From Camelus dromedarius (lineage: Eukaryota): DNA of 64,000 nucleotides. A model generated the notes under the pieces. The model searched no databases. It had not been told where the DNA came from and saw nothing but the letters and a program-made list of their open reading frames with translations. Made by a program: the position numbers and the translations under genes. The stretch's first letter is position 1. Every line of letters starts with the position of its first letter. Shown piece after piece: positions 39,101 to 53,279 of this stretch. The stretch is from contig NC_087436.1 of assembly GCF_036321535.1 (NCBI RefSeq), positions 806,001 through 870,000 of the forward strand, read 5' to 3'.

Positions 39101-42100
39101 GTTCATCTAGCACCAAGGGAACGGGTTGCAGGAGACACTTTTTCTCTGCTTCCTCAGTCTGTTTCCTAGTGCCGGTTTGAAGTTCCTGCACTTTTCACTG
39201 TCAAACCGAGTTGGAGCTTCTACCTCCCCATATATATGTATGGAATGGAGTTTGCAACTGAAAAGAAACTTTGTGTTCCCAACAAGCTAGGTGAAGGACG
39301 GATTTCACACGCACTTATCTCTCAGAACTGAGCAAGTGGAGAGACGTTCGTTCATCTAGCACCAAGGGAACGGGTTGCAGGAGACACTTTTTCTCTGCTT
39401 TCTCAGTCTGTTTCCTAGTGCCGGTTTGAAGTTCCTGCAGTTTTCACTGTAAAACGGACTTGGAGTTTCTACCTCCCCATATATATGTATGGAATGGAGT
39501 TTGCAACTGAAAAGAAACTTTGTGTTCCCAACAAGCTAGGTGAAGGACGGCTTTCACACACCCTTATCTCTCAGAACTGAGCAAGTGGAGAGACTTTCGT
39601 TCATCTAGCACCAAGGGAACGGGTTGCAGGGGACAATTTTTCTCTGCTTTCTCAGTCTGTTTCCTAGTGCCGGTTTGAAGTTCCTGCAGTTTTCACTGTC
39701 AAACGGAGTTGGAGCTAGTACCTCCCCATATATATGTATGGAATGGAGTTTGCAACTGAAAAGAAACTTTGTGTTCCCAACAAGCTAGGTGAAGGACGGC
39801 TTTCACACACAATTATCTCTCAGAACTGAGCAAGTGGAGAGACGTTCGTTCATCTAGCACCAAGGGAACGGGTTGCAGGAGACACTTTTTCTCTGCTTTC
39901 TCAGTCTGTTTCGTAGTGCCGGTTTGAAGTTCCTGCAGTTTTCACTGTCAAACCGAGTTGGAGCTTGTACCTCCCCATATATATGTATGGAATGGAGTTT
40001 GCAACTGAAAAGAAACTTTGTGTTCCCAACAAGCTAGGTGAAGGACGGCTTTCACACACACTTATCTCTCAGAACTGAGCAAGTGGAGAGACGTTCGTTC
40101 ATCTAGCACCAAGGGAACGGGTTGCAGGAGATACTTTTTCTCTGCTTTCTCAGTCTGTTTCCTAGTGACGGTTTGAAGTTCCTTCAGTTTTCACTGTAAA
40201 ACCGAGTTGGAGCTAGTACCTCCCCATATATATGTATGGAATGGAGTTGGCAACTGAAAAGAAACTTTGTGTTCCCAACAAGGTAGGTGAAGGACGGCTT
40301 TCACACACACTTATCTCTCAGAACTGAGCAAGTGGAGAGACGTTCGTTCATCTAGCACCAAGGGAACGGGTTGCAGGAGACACTTTTTCTCTGCTTTCTC
40401 AGTCTGTTTCGTAGTGCCGGTTTGAAGTTCCTGCAGTTTTCACTGTAAAACCGTGTTGGAGCTTCTACCGCCCCATATATATGTATGGAATGGAGTTGGC
40501 AACTGAAAAGAAACTTTGTGTTCCCAACAAGCAAGGTGAAGGACGGCTTTCACACACACTTATCTCTCAGAACTGAGCAAGTGGAGAGACGTTCGTTCAT
40601 CTAGCACCAAGGGAACGGGTTGCAGGAGACACTTTTTCTCTGCTTTCTCAGTCTGTTTCCTAGTGCCGGTTTGAAGTTCCTGCAGTTTTCACTGTCAAAC
40701 CGAGTTGGAGCTTGTACCTCCCCATATATATGTATGGAATGGAGTTTGCAACTGAAAAGAAACTTTGTGTTCCCAACAAGCTAGGTGAAGGACGGCTTTC
40801 ACACACACTTATCTCTCAGAACTGAGCAAGTGGAGAGACGTTCGTTCATCTAGCACCAAGGGAACGGGTTGCAGGAGACACTTTTTCTCTGCTTTCTCAG
40901 TCTGTTGCCTAGTGCCGGTTTGAAGTTCCTGCAGTTTTCACTGTAAAACCGTGTTGGAGCTTCTACCGCCCCATATATATGTATGGAATGGAGTTTGCAA
41001 CTGAAAAGAAACTTTGTGTTCCCAACAAGCAAGGTGAAGGACGGCTTTCACACACACTTATCTCTCAGAACTGAGCAAGTGGAGAGACGTTCGTTCATCT
41101 AGCACCAAGGGAACGGGTTGCAGGAGACACTTTTTCTCTGCTTTCTCAGTCTGTTTCCTAGTGCCGGTTTGAAGTTCCTGCAGTTATCACTGTAAAACAG
41201 AGTTGGAGCTTGTACATCCCCATATATACGTATGGAATGGAGTTTGCAACTGAAAAGAAACTTTGTGTTCCCAACAAGCTAGGTGAAGAACGGCTTTCAC
41301 TCACCTTATCTCTCAGAACTGAGCAAGTGGAGAGACGTTCGTTCATCTAGCACCAAGGGAACGGGTTGCAGGAGACACTTTTTCTCTGTTTTCTCAGTCT
41401 GTTTCCTAGTGCCGGTTTGATGTTCCTGCAGTTTTCACTGTCAAACCGAGTTGGAGCTAGTACCTCCCCATATATATGTATGGAATGGAGTTTGCAACTG
41501 AAAAGAAACTGTGTTCCCAACAAGCTAGGTGAAGGACGGCTTTCACACGCACATATCTCTCAGAACTGAGCAAGTGGAGAGACGTTCGTTCATCTAGCAC
41601 CAAGGGAACGGGTTGCAGGAGACACTTTTTCTCTGCTTCCTCAGTCTGTTTCCTAGTGCCGGTTAGAATTTCCTGCAGTTTTCACTGTAAAACCGAGTTG
41701 GAGCTTGTACCTCCCCATATATATGTATGGAATGGAGTTTGCAACTGAAAAGAAACTTTGTGTTCCCAACAAGCTAGGTGAAGGACGGCTTTCACACGCA
41801 CATATCTCTCAGAACTGAGCAAGTGGAGAGACGTTCGTTCATCTAGCACCAAGGGAACGGGTTGCAGGAGACACTTTTTCTCTGCTTTCTCAGTCTGTTT
41901 CCTAGTGACGGTTTGAAGTTCCTTCAGTTTTCACTGTAAAACCGAGTTGGAGCTAGTACCTCCCCATATATATGTATGGAATGGAGTTGCCAACTGAAAA
42001 GAAACTTTGTGTTCCCAACAAGCTAGTTGAAGGACGGCTTTCACACACACTTATCTCTCAGAACTGAGCAAGTGGAGAGACGTTCGTTCATCTAGCACCA

Positions 42101-45100
42101 AGGGAACGGGTTGCAGGAGACACTTTTTCTCTGCTTTCTCAGTCTGTTTCGTAGTGCCGGTTTGAAGTTCCTGCAGTTTTCACTGTAAAACCGTGTTGGA
42201 GCTTCTACCGCCCCATATATATGTATGGAATGGAGTTGGCAACTGAAAAGAAACTTTGTGTTCCCAACAAGCAAGGTGAAGGACGGCTTTCACACACACT
42301 TATCTCTCAGAACTGAGCAAGTGGAGAGACGTTCGTTCATCTAGCACCAAGGGAACGGGTTGCAGGAGACACTTTTTCTCTGCTTTCTCAGTCTGTTTCC
42401 TAGTGCCGGTTTGAAGTTCCTGCAGTTTTCACTGTCAAACCGAGTTGGAGCTTGTACCTCCCCATATATATGTATGGAATGGAGTTTGCAACTGAAAAGA
42501 AACTGTGTTCCCAACAAGCTAGGTGAAGGACGGCTTTCACACACACTTATCTCTCAGAACTGAGCAAGTGGAGAGACGTTCGTTCATCTAGCACCAAGGG
42601 AACGGTTTGCAGGAGACACTTTTTCTCTGCTTTCTCAGTCTGTTTCCTAGTGACGGTTTGAAGTTCCTTCAGTTTTCACTGTAAAACCGAGTTGGAGCTA
42701 GTACCTCCCCATATATATGTATGGAATGGAGTTTGCAACTGAAAAGAAACTTTGTGTTCCCAACAAGCTAGGTGAAGGACGGCTTTCACACACACTTATC
42801 TCTCAGAACTGAGCAATGGAGAGACGTTCGTTCATCTAGAACCAAGGGAACGGGTTGCAGGAGACACTTTTTCTCTGATTTCTCAGTCTGTTGCCTAGTG
42901 CCGGTTTGAAGTTCCTGCAGTTTTCACTGTAAAACCGTGTTGGAGCTTCTACCGCCCCATATATATGTATGGAATGGAGTTTGCAACTGAAAAGAAACTT
43001 TGTGTTCCCAACAAGCAAGGTGAAGGACGGCTTTCACACACACTTATCTCTCAGAACTGAGCAAGAGGAGAGACGTTCGTTCATCTAGCACCAAGGGAAC
43101 GGGTTGCAGGAGAAACTTTTTCTCTGCTTTCTCAGTCTGTTTCCTAGTGCCGGTTTGAAGTTCCTGCAGTTATCACTGTAAAACAGAGTTGGAGCTTGTA
43201 CATCCCCATATATACGTATGGAATGGAGTTTGCAACTGAAAAGAAACTTTGTGTTCCCAACAAGCTAGGTGAAGAACGGCTTTCACACACCTTATCTCTC
43301 AGAACTGAGCAAGTGGAGAGACATTCGTTCATCTAGCACCAAGGGAACGGGTTGCAGGAGACACTTTTTCTCTGTTTTCTCAGTCTGTTTCCTAGTGCCG
43401 GTTTGAAGTTCCTGCAGTTTTCACTGTCAAACCGAGTTGGAGCTAGTACCTCCCCATATATATGTATGGAATGGAGTTTGCAACTGAAAAGAAACTGTGT
43501 TCCCAACAAGCTAGGTTAAGGACGGCTTTCACACGCACATATCTCTCAGAACTGAGCAAGTGGAGAGACGTTCGTTCATCTAGCACCAAGGGAACGGGTT
43601 GCAGGAGACACTTTTTCTCTGCTTCCTCAGTCTGTTTCCTAGTGCCGGTTAGAATTTCCTGCAGTTTTCACTGTAAAACCGAGTTGGAGCTTGTACCTCC
43701 CCATATATATGTATGGAATGGAGTTTGCAACTGAAAAGAAACTTTGTGTTCCCAACAAGCTAGGTGAAGGACGGCTTTCACACGCACATATCTCTCAGAA
43801 CTGAGCAAGTGGAGAGACGTTCGTTCATCTAGCACCAAGGGAACGGGTTGCAGGAGACACTTTTTCTCTGCTTCCTCAGTCTCTTTCCTAGTGCCGGTTT
43901 GAAGTTCCTGCACTTTTCTCTGTCAAACCGAGTTGGAGCTTCTACCTCCCCATATATATGTATGGAATGGAGTTTGCAACTGAAAAGAAACTTTGTGTTC
44001 CCAACAAGCTAGGTGAAGGACGGCTTTCACACACAATTATCTCTCAGAACTGAGCAAGTGGAGAGACGTTCGTTCATCTAGCACCAAGGGAACGGGTTGC
44101 AGGAGACACTTTTTCTCTGCTTTCTCAGTCTGTTTCGTAGTGCCGGTTTGAAGTTCCTGCAGTTTTCACTGTCAAACCGAGTTGGAGCTTGTACCTCCCC
44201 ATATATATGTATGGAATGGAGTTTGCAACTGAAAAGAAACTTTGTGTACCCAACAAGCTAGGTGAAGGACGGCTTTCACACACACTTATCTCTCAGAACT
44301 GAGCAAGTGGAGAGACGTTCGTTCATCTAGCACCAAGGGAACGGGTTGCAGGAGACACTTTTTCTCTGCTTTCTCAGTCTGTTTCCTAGTGACGGTTTGA
44401 AGTTCCTGCAGTTTTCACTGTAAAACCGAGTTGGAGCTAGTACCTCCCCATATATATGTATGGAATGGAGTTGGCAACTGAAAAGAAACTTTGTGTTCCC
44501 AACAAGCTAGGTGAAGGACGGCTTTCACACACACTTATCTCTCAGAACTGAGCAAGTGGAGAGACGTTCGTTCATCTAGCACCAAGGGAACGGGTTGCAG
44601 GAGACACTTTTTCTCTGCTTTCTCAGTCTGTTTCGTAGTGCCGGTTTGAAGTTCCTGCAGTTTTCACTGTAAAACCGTGTTGGAGCTTCTACCGCCCCAT
44701 ATATATGTATGGAATGGAGTTGGCAACTGAAAAGAAACTTTGTGTTCCCAACAAGCAAGGTGAAGGACGGCTTTCACACACACTTATCTCTCAGAACTGA
44801 GCAAGTGGAGAGACGTTCGTTCATCTAGCACCAAGGGAACGGGTTGCAGGAGACACTTTTTCTCTGCTTTCTCAGTCTGTTTCCTAGTGCCGGTTTGAAG
44901 TTCCTGCAGTTTTCACTGTCAAACCGATTTGGAGCTTGTACCTCCCCATATATATGTATGGAATGGAGTTTGCAACTGAAAAGAAACTTTGTGTTCCCAA
45001 CAAGCTAGGTGAAGGACGGCTTTCACACACACTTATCTCTCAGAACTGAGCAAGTGGAGAGACGTTCGTTCATCTAGCACCAAGGGAACGGTTTGCAGGA

Positions 45101-47064
45101 GACACTTTTTGTCTGCTTTCTCAGTCTGTTTCCTAGTGACGGTTTGAAGTTCCTTCAGTTTTCACTGTAAAACCGAGTTGGAGCTAGTACCTCCCCATAT
45201 ATATGTATGGAATGGAGTTTGCAACTGAAAAGAAACTTTGTGTTCCCAACAAGCTAGGTGAAGGACGGCTTTCACACACACTTATCTCTCAGAACTGAGC
45301 AAGTGGAGAGACGTTCGTTCATCTAGCACCAAGGGAACGGGTTGCAGGAGACACTTTTTCTCTGCTTTCTCAGTCTGTTGCCTAGTGCCGGTTTGAAGTT
45401 CCTGCAGTTTTCACTGTAAAACCGTGTTGGAGCTTCTACCGCCCCATATATATGTATGGAATGGAGTTTGCAACTGAAAAGAAACTTTGTGTTCCCAACA
45501 AGCAAGGTGAAGGACGGCTTTCACACACACTTATCTCTCAGAACTGAGCAAGTGGAGAGACGTTCGTTCATCTAGCACCAAGGGAACGGGTTGCAGGAGA
45601 CACTTTTTCTCTGCTTTCTCAGTCTGTTTCCTAGTGCCGGTTTGAAGTTCCTGCAGTTATCACTGTAAAACAGAGTTGGAGCTTGTACATCCCCATATAT
45701 ACGTATGGAATGGAGTTTGCAACTCAAAAGAAACTTTGTGTTCCCAACAAGCTAGGTGAAGAACAGCTTTCACACACACTTATCTCTCAGAACTGAGCAA
45801 GTGGAGAGACGTTCGTTCATCTAGCACCAAGGGAACGGGTTGCAGGAGACACTTTTTCTCTGTTTTCTCAGTCTGTTTCCTAGTGCCGGTTTGAAGTTCC
45901 TGCAGTTTTCACTGTCAAACCGAGTTGGAGCTTCTACCTCCCCATATATACGTATGGAATGGAGTTTGCAACTGAAAAGAAACTTTGTGTTCCCAACAAG
46001 ATAGGTGAAGGACGGCTTTCACACACACTTATCTCTCAGAAATGAGCAAGTGGAGAGACGTTCGTTCATCTAGCACCAAGGGAACGGGTTGCAGGAGACA
46101 CTTTTTCTCTGCTTTCTCAGTCTGTTTCCTAGTGCCGGTTTGAAGTTCCTGCAGTTTTCACTGTAAAACAGAGTTGGAGCTAGTAATTCCCCATATATAT
46201 GTATGGAATGGAGTTTGCAACTGAAAAGAAACTTTGTGTTCCCAACAAGCTAGGTGAAGGATGGCTTTCACACACACTTATCTCTCAGAACTGAGCAAGT
46301 GGAGAGACGTTCGTTCATGTAGCACCAAGGGAACGGGTTGCAGGAGACACTTTTTCTCTGCTTTCTCAGTCTGTTTCCTAGTGCCGGTTTGAAGTTCCTG
46401 CAGTTTTCACTGTCAAACCGAGTTGGAGCTAGTACCTCCCCATATATATGTATGGAATGGAGTTGGCAACTGAAAAGAAACTTTGTGTTCCAAACAAGCT
46501 AGTGAAGGACGGCTTTCACACACACATATCTCTCAGAACTGAGCAAGTGGAGAGACGTTCGTTCATCTAGCACCAAGGAAACGGGTTGCAGGAGACACTT
46601 TTTCTCTGCTTCCTCAGTCTGTTTCCTAGTGCCGGTTTGAAGTTCCTGCAGTTATCACTGTAAAACCGAGTTGGAGCTTGTACCTCCCCATATATATGTA
46701 TGGAATGGAGTTTGCAACTGAAAAGAAACTTTGTGTTCCCAACAAGTTAGGTGAAGAACGGCTTTCACACACACTTATCTCTCAGAACTGAGCAAGTGGA
46801 GAGACGTTCGTTCATCTAGCACCAAGGGAACGGGTTGCAGGAGACACTTTTTCTCTGCTTTCTCAGTCTGTTTCCTAGGGCCGGTTTGAAGTTCCTGCAG
46901 TTTTCACTGTCAAACCGAGTTGGAGCTTCTACCTCCCCATATATACGTATAAAATGGAGTTTGCAACTGAAAAGAAACTTTGTGTTCCCAACAAGATAGG
47001 TGAAGGACGGCTATCACACACACTTATCTCTCAGAAATGAGCAAGTGGAGAGACGTTCGTTCAT

Positions 47065-49000
47065 CTAGCACCAAGGGAACGGGTTGCAGGAGACACTTTT
47101 TCTCTGCTTCCTCAGTCTGTTGCCTAGTGCCGGTTTGAAGTTCCTGCAGTTTTCACTGTAAAACCGAGTTGGAGCTTCTACCGCCCCATATATATGTATG
47201 GAATGGAGTTTGCAACTGAAAAGAAACTTTGTGTTCCCAACAAGCAAGGTGAAGGACGGCTTTCACACACACTTATCTCTCAGAACTGAGCAAGTGGAGA
47301 GACGTTCGTTCATCTAGAACCAAGGGAACGGATTGCAGGAGACACTTTTTCTCTGCTTTCTCAGTCTGTTTCCTAGTGCCGGTTTGAAGTTCCTGCAGTT
47401 TTTACTGTAAAACGGACTTGGAGTTTCTACCTCCCCATATATATGTATGGAATGGAGTTTGCAACTGAAAAGAAACTTTGTGTTCCCAACAAGCTAGGTG
47501 AAGGACGGCTTTCACACACCCTTATCTCTCAGAACTGAGCAAGTGGAGAGACCTTCGTTCATCTAGCACCAAGGGAACGGGTTGCAGGAGACAATTTTTC
47601 TCTGCTTTCTCAGTCTGTTTCCTAGTGCCGGTTTGAAGTTCCTGCAGTTTTCACTGTCAAACGGAGTTGGAGATAGTACCTCCCCATATATATGTATGGA
47701 ATGGAGTTTGCAACTGAAAAGAAACTTTGTGTTCCCAACAAGCTAGGTGAAGGACGGCTTTCACACACAATTATCTCTCAGAACTGAGCAAGTGGAGAGA
47801 CTTTCGTTCATCTAGCACCAAGGGAACGGGTTGCAGGAGACACTTTTTCTCTGCTTTCTCAGTCTGTTTCGTAGTGCCGGTTTGAAGTTCCTGCAGTTTT
47901 CACTGTCAAACCGAGTTGGAGCTAGTACCTCCCCATATATATGTATGGAATGGAGTTTGCAACTGAAAAGAAACTGTGTTCCCAACAAGCTAGGTGAAGG
48001 ACGGCTTTCACACACACTTATCTCTCAGAACTGAGCAAGTGGAGAGACGTTCGTTCATCTAGCACCAAGGGAACAGGTTGCAGGAGACACTTTTTCTCTG
48101 CTTCCTCAGTCTGTTGCCTAGTGCCGGTTTGAAGTTCCTGCAGTTTTCACTGTAAAACCGAGTTGGAGCTTCTACCGCCCCATATATATGTATGGAATGG
48201 AGTTTGCAACTGAAAAGAAACTTTGTGTTCCCAACAAGCAAGGTGAAGGACGGCTTTCACACACACTTATCTCTCAGAACTGAGCAAGTGGAGAGACGTT
48301 CGTTCATCTAGAACCAAGGGAACGGATTGCAGGAGACACTTTTTCTCTGCTTTCTCAGTCTGTTTCCTAGTGCCGGTTTGAAGTTCCTGCAGTTTTTACT
48401 GTAAAACGGACTTGGAGTTTCTACCTCCCCATATATATGTATGGAATGGAGTTTGCAACTGAAAAGAAACTTTGTGTTCCCAACAAGCTAGGTGAAGGAC
48501 GGCTTTCACACACCCTTATCTCTCAGAACTGAGCAAGTGGAGAGACCTTCGTTCATCTAGCACCAAGGGAACGGGTTGCAGGAGACAATTTTTCTCTGCT
48601 TTCTCAGTCTGTTTCCTAGTGCCGGTTTGAAGTTCCTGCAGTTTTCACTGTCAAACGGAGTTGGAGATAGTACCTCCCCATATATATGTATGGAATGGAG
48701 TTTGCAACTGAAAAGAAACTTTGTGTTCCCAACAAGCTAGGTGAAGGACGGCTTTCACACACAATTATCTCTCAGAACTGAGCAAGTGGAGAGACTTTCG
48801 TTCATCTAGCACCAAGGGAACGGGTTGCAGGAGACACTTTTTCTCTGCTTTCTCAGTCTGTTTCGTAGTGCCGGTTTGAAGTTCCTGCAGTTTTCACTGT
48901 CAAACCGAGTTGGAGCTTGTACCTCCCCATATATATGTATGGAATGGAGTTTGCAACTGAAAAGAAACTTTGTGTTCCCAACAAGCTAGGTGAAAGACGG
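47065..49000 (+). repeat. Tandem duplication of 4 monomers (994 bp offset)
   Basis: CTAGAACCAAGGGAACGGATT, TTTTTACTG, GAGACCTTCG and GGAGATAGTA recur at +994 (ORFs 47065/48059). Confidence 0.8.
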
Positions 49001-49309
49001 CTTTCACACACACTTATCTCTCAGAACTGAGCAAGTGGAGAGACGTTCGTTCATCTAGCACCAAGGGAACGGGTTGCAGGAGACACTTTTTCTCTGCTTT
49101 CTCAGTCTGTTTCCTAGTGACGGTTTGAAGTTCCTTCAGTTTTCACTGTAAAACCGAGTTGGAGCTTCTACCTCCCCATATATATGTATGGAATGGAGTT
49201 GGCAACTGAAAAGAAACTTTGTGTTCCCAACAAGCTAGGTGAAGGACGGCTTTCACACACACTTATCTCTCAGAACTGAGCAAGTGGAGAGACGTTCGTT
49301 CATCTAGCA

Positions 49310-50800
49310 CCAAGGGAACGGGTTGCAGGAGACACTTTTTCTCTGCTTTCTCAATCTGTTGCCTAGTGCCGGTTTGAAGTTCCTGCAGTTTTCACTGTAA
49401 AACCGTGTTGGAGCTTCTACCGCCCCATATATATGTATGGAATGGAGTTTGCAACTGAAAAGAAACTTTGTGTTCCCAACAAGCTAGGTGAAGAACGGCT
49501 TTCACACACACTTATCTCTCAGAACTGAGCAAGTGGAGAGACGTTCGTTCATCTAGCACCAAGGGAACGGGTTGCAGGAGACACTTTTTCTCTGCTTCCT
49601 CAGTCTGTTTCCTAGTGCCGGTTTGAAGTTCCTGCAGTTTTCACTGTAAAACCGAGTTGGAGCTTGTACCTCCCCATATATACGTATGAAATGGAGTTTG
49701 CAACTGAAAAGAAACTTTGTGTTCCCAACAAGCTAGGTGAAGGACGGCATTCACACACACTTATCCCTCAGAACTGAGCAAGTGGAGAGACGTTCGTTCA
49801 TCTAGCACCAAGGGAACGGGTTGCAGGAGACACTTTTTCTCTGCTTTCTCAGTCTGTTGCCTAGTGCCGGTTTGAAGTTCCTGCAGTTTTCACTGTAAAA
49901 CCGAGTTGGAGCTTCTACCGCCCCATATATATGTATGGAATGGAGTTTGCAACTGAAAAGAAACTTTGTGTTCCCAACAAGCACGGTGAAGGACGGCTTT
50001 CACACACACTTATCTCTCAGAACTGAGCAAGTGGAGAGACGTTCGTTCATCTAGCACCAAGGGAACGGGTTGCAGGAGACACTTTTTCTCTGCTTTCTCA
50101 ATCTGTTGCCTAGTGCCGGTTTGAAGTTCCTGCAGTTTTCACTGTAAAACCGTGTTGGAGCTTCTACCGCCCCATATATATGTATGGAATGGAGTTTGCA
50201 ACTGAAAAGAAACTTTGTGTTCCCAACAAGCTAGGTGAAGAACGGCTTTCACACACACTTATCTCTCAGAACTGAGCAAGTGGAGAGACGTTCGTTCATC
50301 TAGCACCAAGGGAACGGGTTGCAGGAGACACTTTTTCTCTGCTTCCTCAGTCTGTTTCCTAGTGCCGGTTTGAAGTTCCTGCAGTTTTCACTGTAAAACC
50401 GAGTTGGAGCTTGTACCTCCCCATATATACGTATGAAATGGAGTTTGCAACTGAAAAGAAACTTTGTGTTCCCAACAAGCTAGGTGAAGGACGGCATTCA
50501 CACACACTTATCCCTCAGAACTGAGCAAGTGGAGAGACGTTCGTTCATCTAGCACCAAGGGAACGGGTTGCAGGAGACACTTTTTCTCTGCTTTCTCAGT
50601 CTGTTGCCTAGTGCCGGTTTGAAGTTCCTGCAGTTTTCACTGTAAAACCGAGTTGGAGCTTCTACCGCCCCATATATATGTATGGAATGGAGTTTGCAAC
50701 TGAAAAGAAACTTTGTGTTCCCAACAAGCACGGTGAAGGACGGCTTTCACACACACTTATCTCTCAGAACTGAGCAAGTGGAGAGACGTTCGTTCATCTA
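49310..50800 (+). repeat. Tandem duplication of 3 monomers (747 bp)
   Basis: CTCAATCTGTTGCC, CGTATGAAAT, GGCATTCAC, TATCCCTCAG and AAGCACGG each repeat at +747 (ORFs 49802/50549). Confidence 0.88.
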
Positions 50801-53279
50801 GCACCAAGGGAACGGGTTGCAGGAGACACTTTTTCTCTGCTTTCTCAGTCTGTTTCCTAGGGCCGGTTTGAAGTTCCTGCAGTTTTCACTGTCAAACCGA
50901 GTTGGAGCTTCTACCTCCCCATATATACGTATAAAATGGAGTTTGCAACTGAAAAGAAAATTTGTGTTCCCAACAAGATAGGTGAAGGACGGCTATCACA
51001 CACACTTATCTCTCAGAAATGAGCAAGTGGAGAGACGTTCGTTCATCTAGCACCAAGGGAACGGGTTGCAGGAGACACTTTTTCTCTGCTTTCTCAGTCT
51101 GTTTCCTAGTGCCGGTTTGAAGTTCCTGCAGTTTTCACTGTCAAACCGAGTTGGAGCTTCTACCTCCCCATATATACGTATGGAATGGAGTTTGCAACTG
51201 AAAAGAAACTTTGTGTTCCCAACAAGATAGGTGAAGGACGGCTTTCACACACACTTATCTCTCAGAAATGAGCAAGTGGAGAGACGTTCGTTCATCTAGC
51301 ACCAAGGGAACGGGTTGCAGGAGACACTTTTTCTCTGCTTTCTCAGTCTGTTTCCTAGTGCCGGTTTGAAGTTCCTGCAGTTTTCACTGTAAAACAGAGT
51401 TGGAGCTAGTAATTCCCCATATATATGTATGGAATGGAGTTTGCAACTGAAAAGAAACTTTGTGTTCCCAACAAGCTAGGTGAAGGATGGCTTTCACACA
51501 CACTTATCTCTCAGAACTGAGCAAGTGGAGAGACGTTCGTTCATGTAGCACCAAGGGAACGGGTTGCAGGAGACACTTTTTCTCTGCTTTCTCAGTCTGT
51601 TTCCTAGTGCCGGTTTGAAGTTCCTGCAGTTTTCACTGTCAAACCGAGTTGGAGCTAGTACCTCCCCATATATATGTATGGAATGGAGTTGGCAACTGAA
51701 AAGAAACTTTGTGTTCCAAACAAGCTAGTGAAGGACGGCTTTCACACACACATATCTCTCAGAACTGAGCAAGTGGAGAGACGTTCGTTCATCTAGCACC
51801 AAGGAAACGGGTTGCAGGAGACACTTTTTCTCTGCTTCCTCAGTCTGTTTCCTAGTGCCGGTTTGAAGTTCCTGCAGTTATCACTGTAAAACCGAGTTGG
51901 AGCTTGTACCTCCCCATATATATGTATGGAATGGAGTTTGCAACTGAAAAGAAACTTTGTGTTCCCAACAAGTTAGGTGAAGAACGGCTTTCACACACAC
52001 TTATCTCTCAGAACTGAGCAAGTGGAGAGACGTTCGTTCATCTAGCACCAAGGGAACGGGTTGCAGGAGACACTTTTTCTCTGCTTTCTCAGTCTGTTTC
52101 CTAGGGCCGGTTTGAAGTTCCTGCAGTTTTCACTGTCAAACCGAGTTGGAGCTTCTACCTCCCCATATATACGTATAAAATGGAGTTTGCAACTGAAAAG
52201 AAACTTTGTGTTCCCAACAAGATAGGTGAAGGACGGCTATCACACACACTTATCTCTCAGAAATGAGCAAGTGGAGAGACGTTCGTTCATCTAGCACCAA
52301 GGGAACGGGTTGCAGGAGACACTTTTTCTCTGCTTTCTCAGTCTGTTTCCTAGTGCCGGTTTGAAGTTCCTGCAGTTTTCACTGTCAAACCGAGTTGGAG
52401 CTAGTACCTACCCATATATATGTATGGAATGGAGTTTGCAACTGAAAAGAAACTGTGTGTTCCCAACAAGCTAGGTGAAGGACGGCTTTCACACACACTT
52501 ATCTCTCAGAACAGAGCAAGTGGAGAGACGTTCGTTCATCTAGCACCAAGGGAACGGGTTGCAGGAGACACTTTTTCTCTGCTTTCTCAGTCTGTTTCCT
52601 AGTGCCGGTTTGAAGTTCCTGCAGTTTTCACTGTCAAACCGAGTTGGAGCTAGTACCTCCCCATATATATGTATGGAATGGAGTTTGCAACTGAAAAGAA
52701 ACTGTGTGTTCCCAACAAGCTAGGTGAAGGACGGCTTTCACACACACTTATCTCTCAGAACAGAGCAAGTGGAGAGACGTTCGTTCATCTAGCACCAAGG
52801 GAACGGGTTGCAGGAGACACTTTTTCTCTGCTTTCTCAGTCTGTTTCCTATGCCGTTTTAAAGTTCCTGCAGTTTTCACTGTCAAACCGAGTTGGAGCTA
52901 GTACCTCCCCATATATATGTATGGAATGGAGTTTGCAACTGAAAAGAAACTGTGTTCCCAACAAGCTAGGTGAAGGACGGCTTTCACACACACTTATCTC
53001 TCAGAACTGAGCAAGTGGAGAGACGTTCGTTCATCTAGCACCAAGGGAACGGGTTGCAGGAGACACTTTTTCTCAGCTTCCTCAGTCTGTTGCCTAGTGC
53101 CGGTTTGAAGTTCCTGCAGTTTTCACTGTAAAACCGAGTTGGAGCTTCTACCGCCCCATATATATGTATGGAATGGAGTTTGCAACTGAAAAGAAACTTT
53201 GTGTTCCCAACAAGCAAGTTGAAGGACGGCTTTCACACACACTTATCTCTCAGAACTGAGCAAGTGGAGAGACGTTCGT

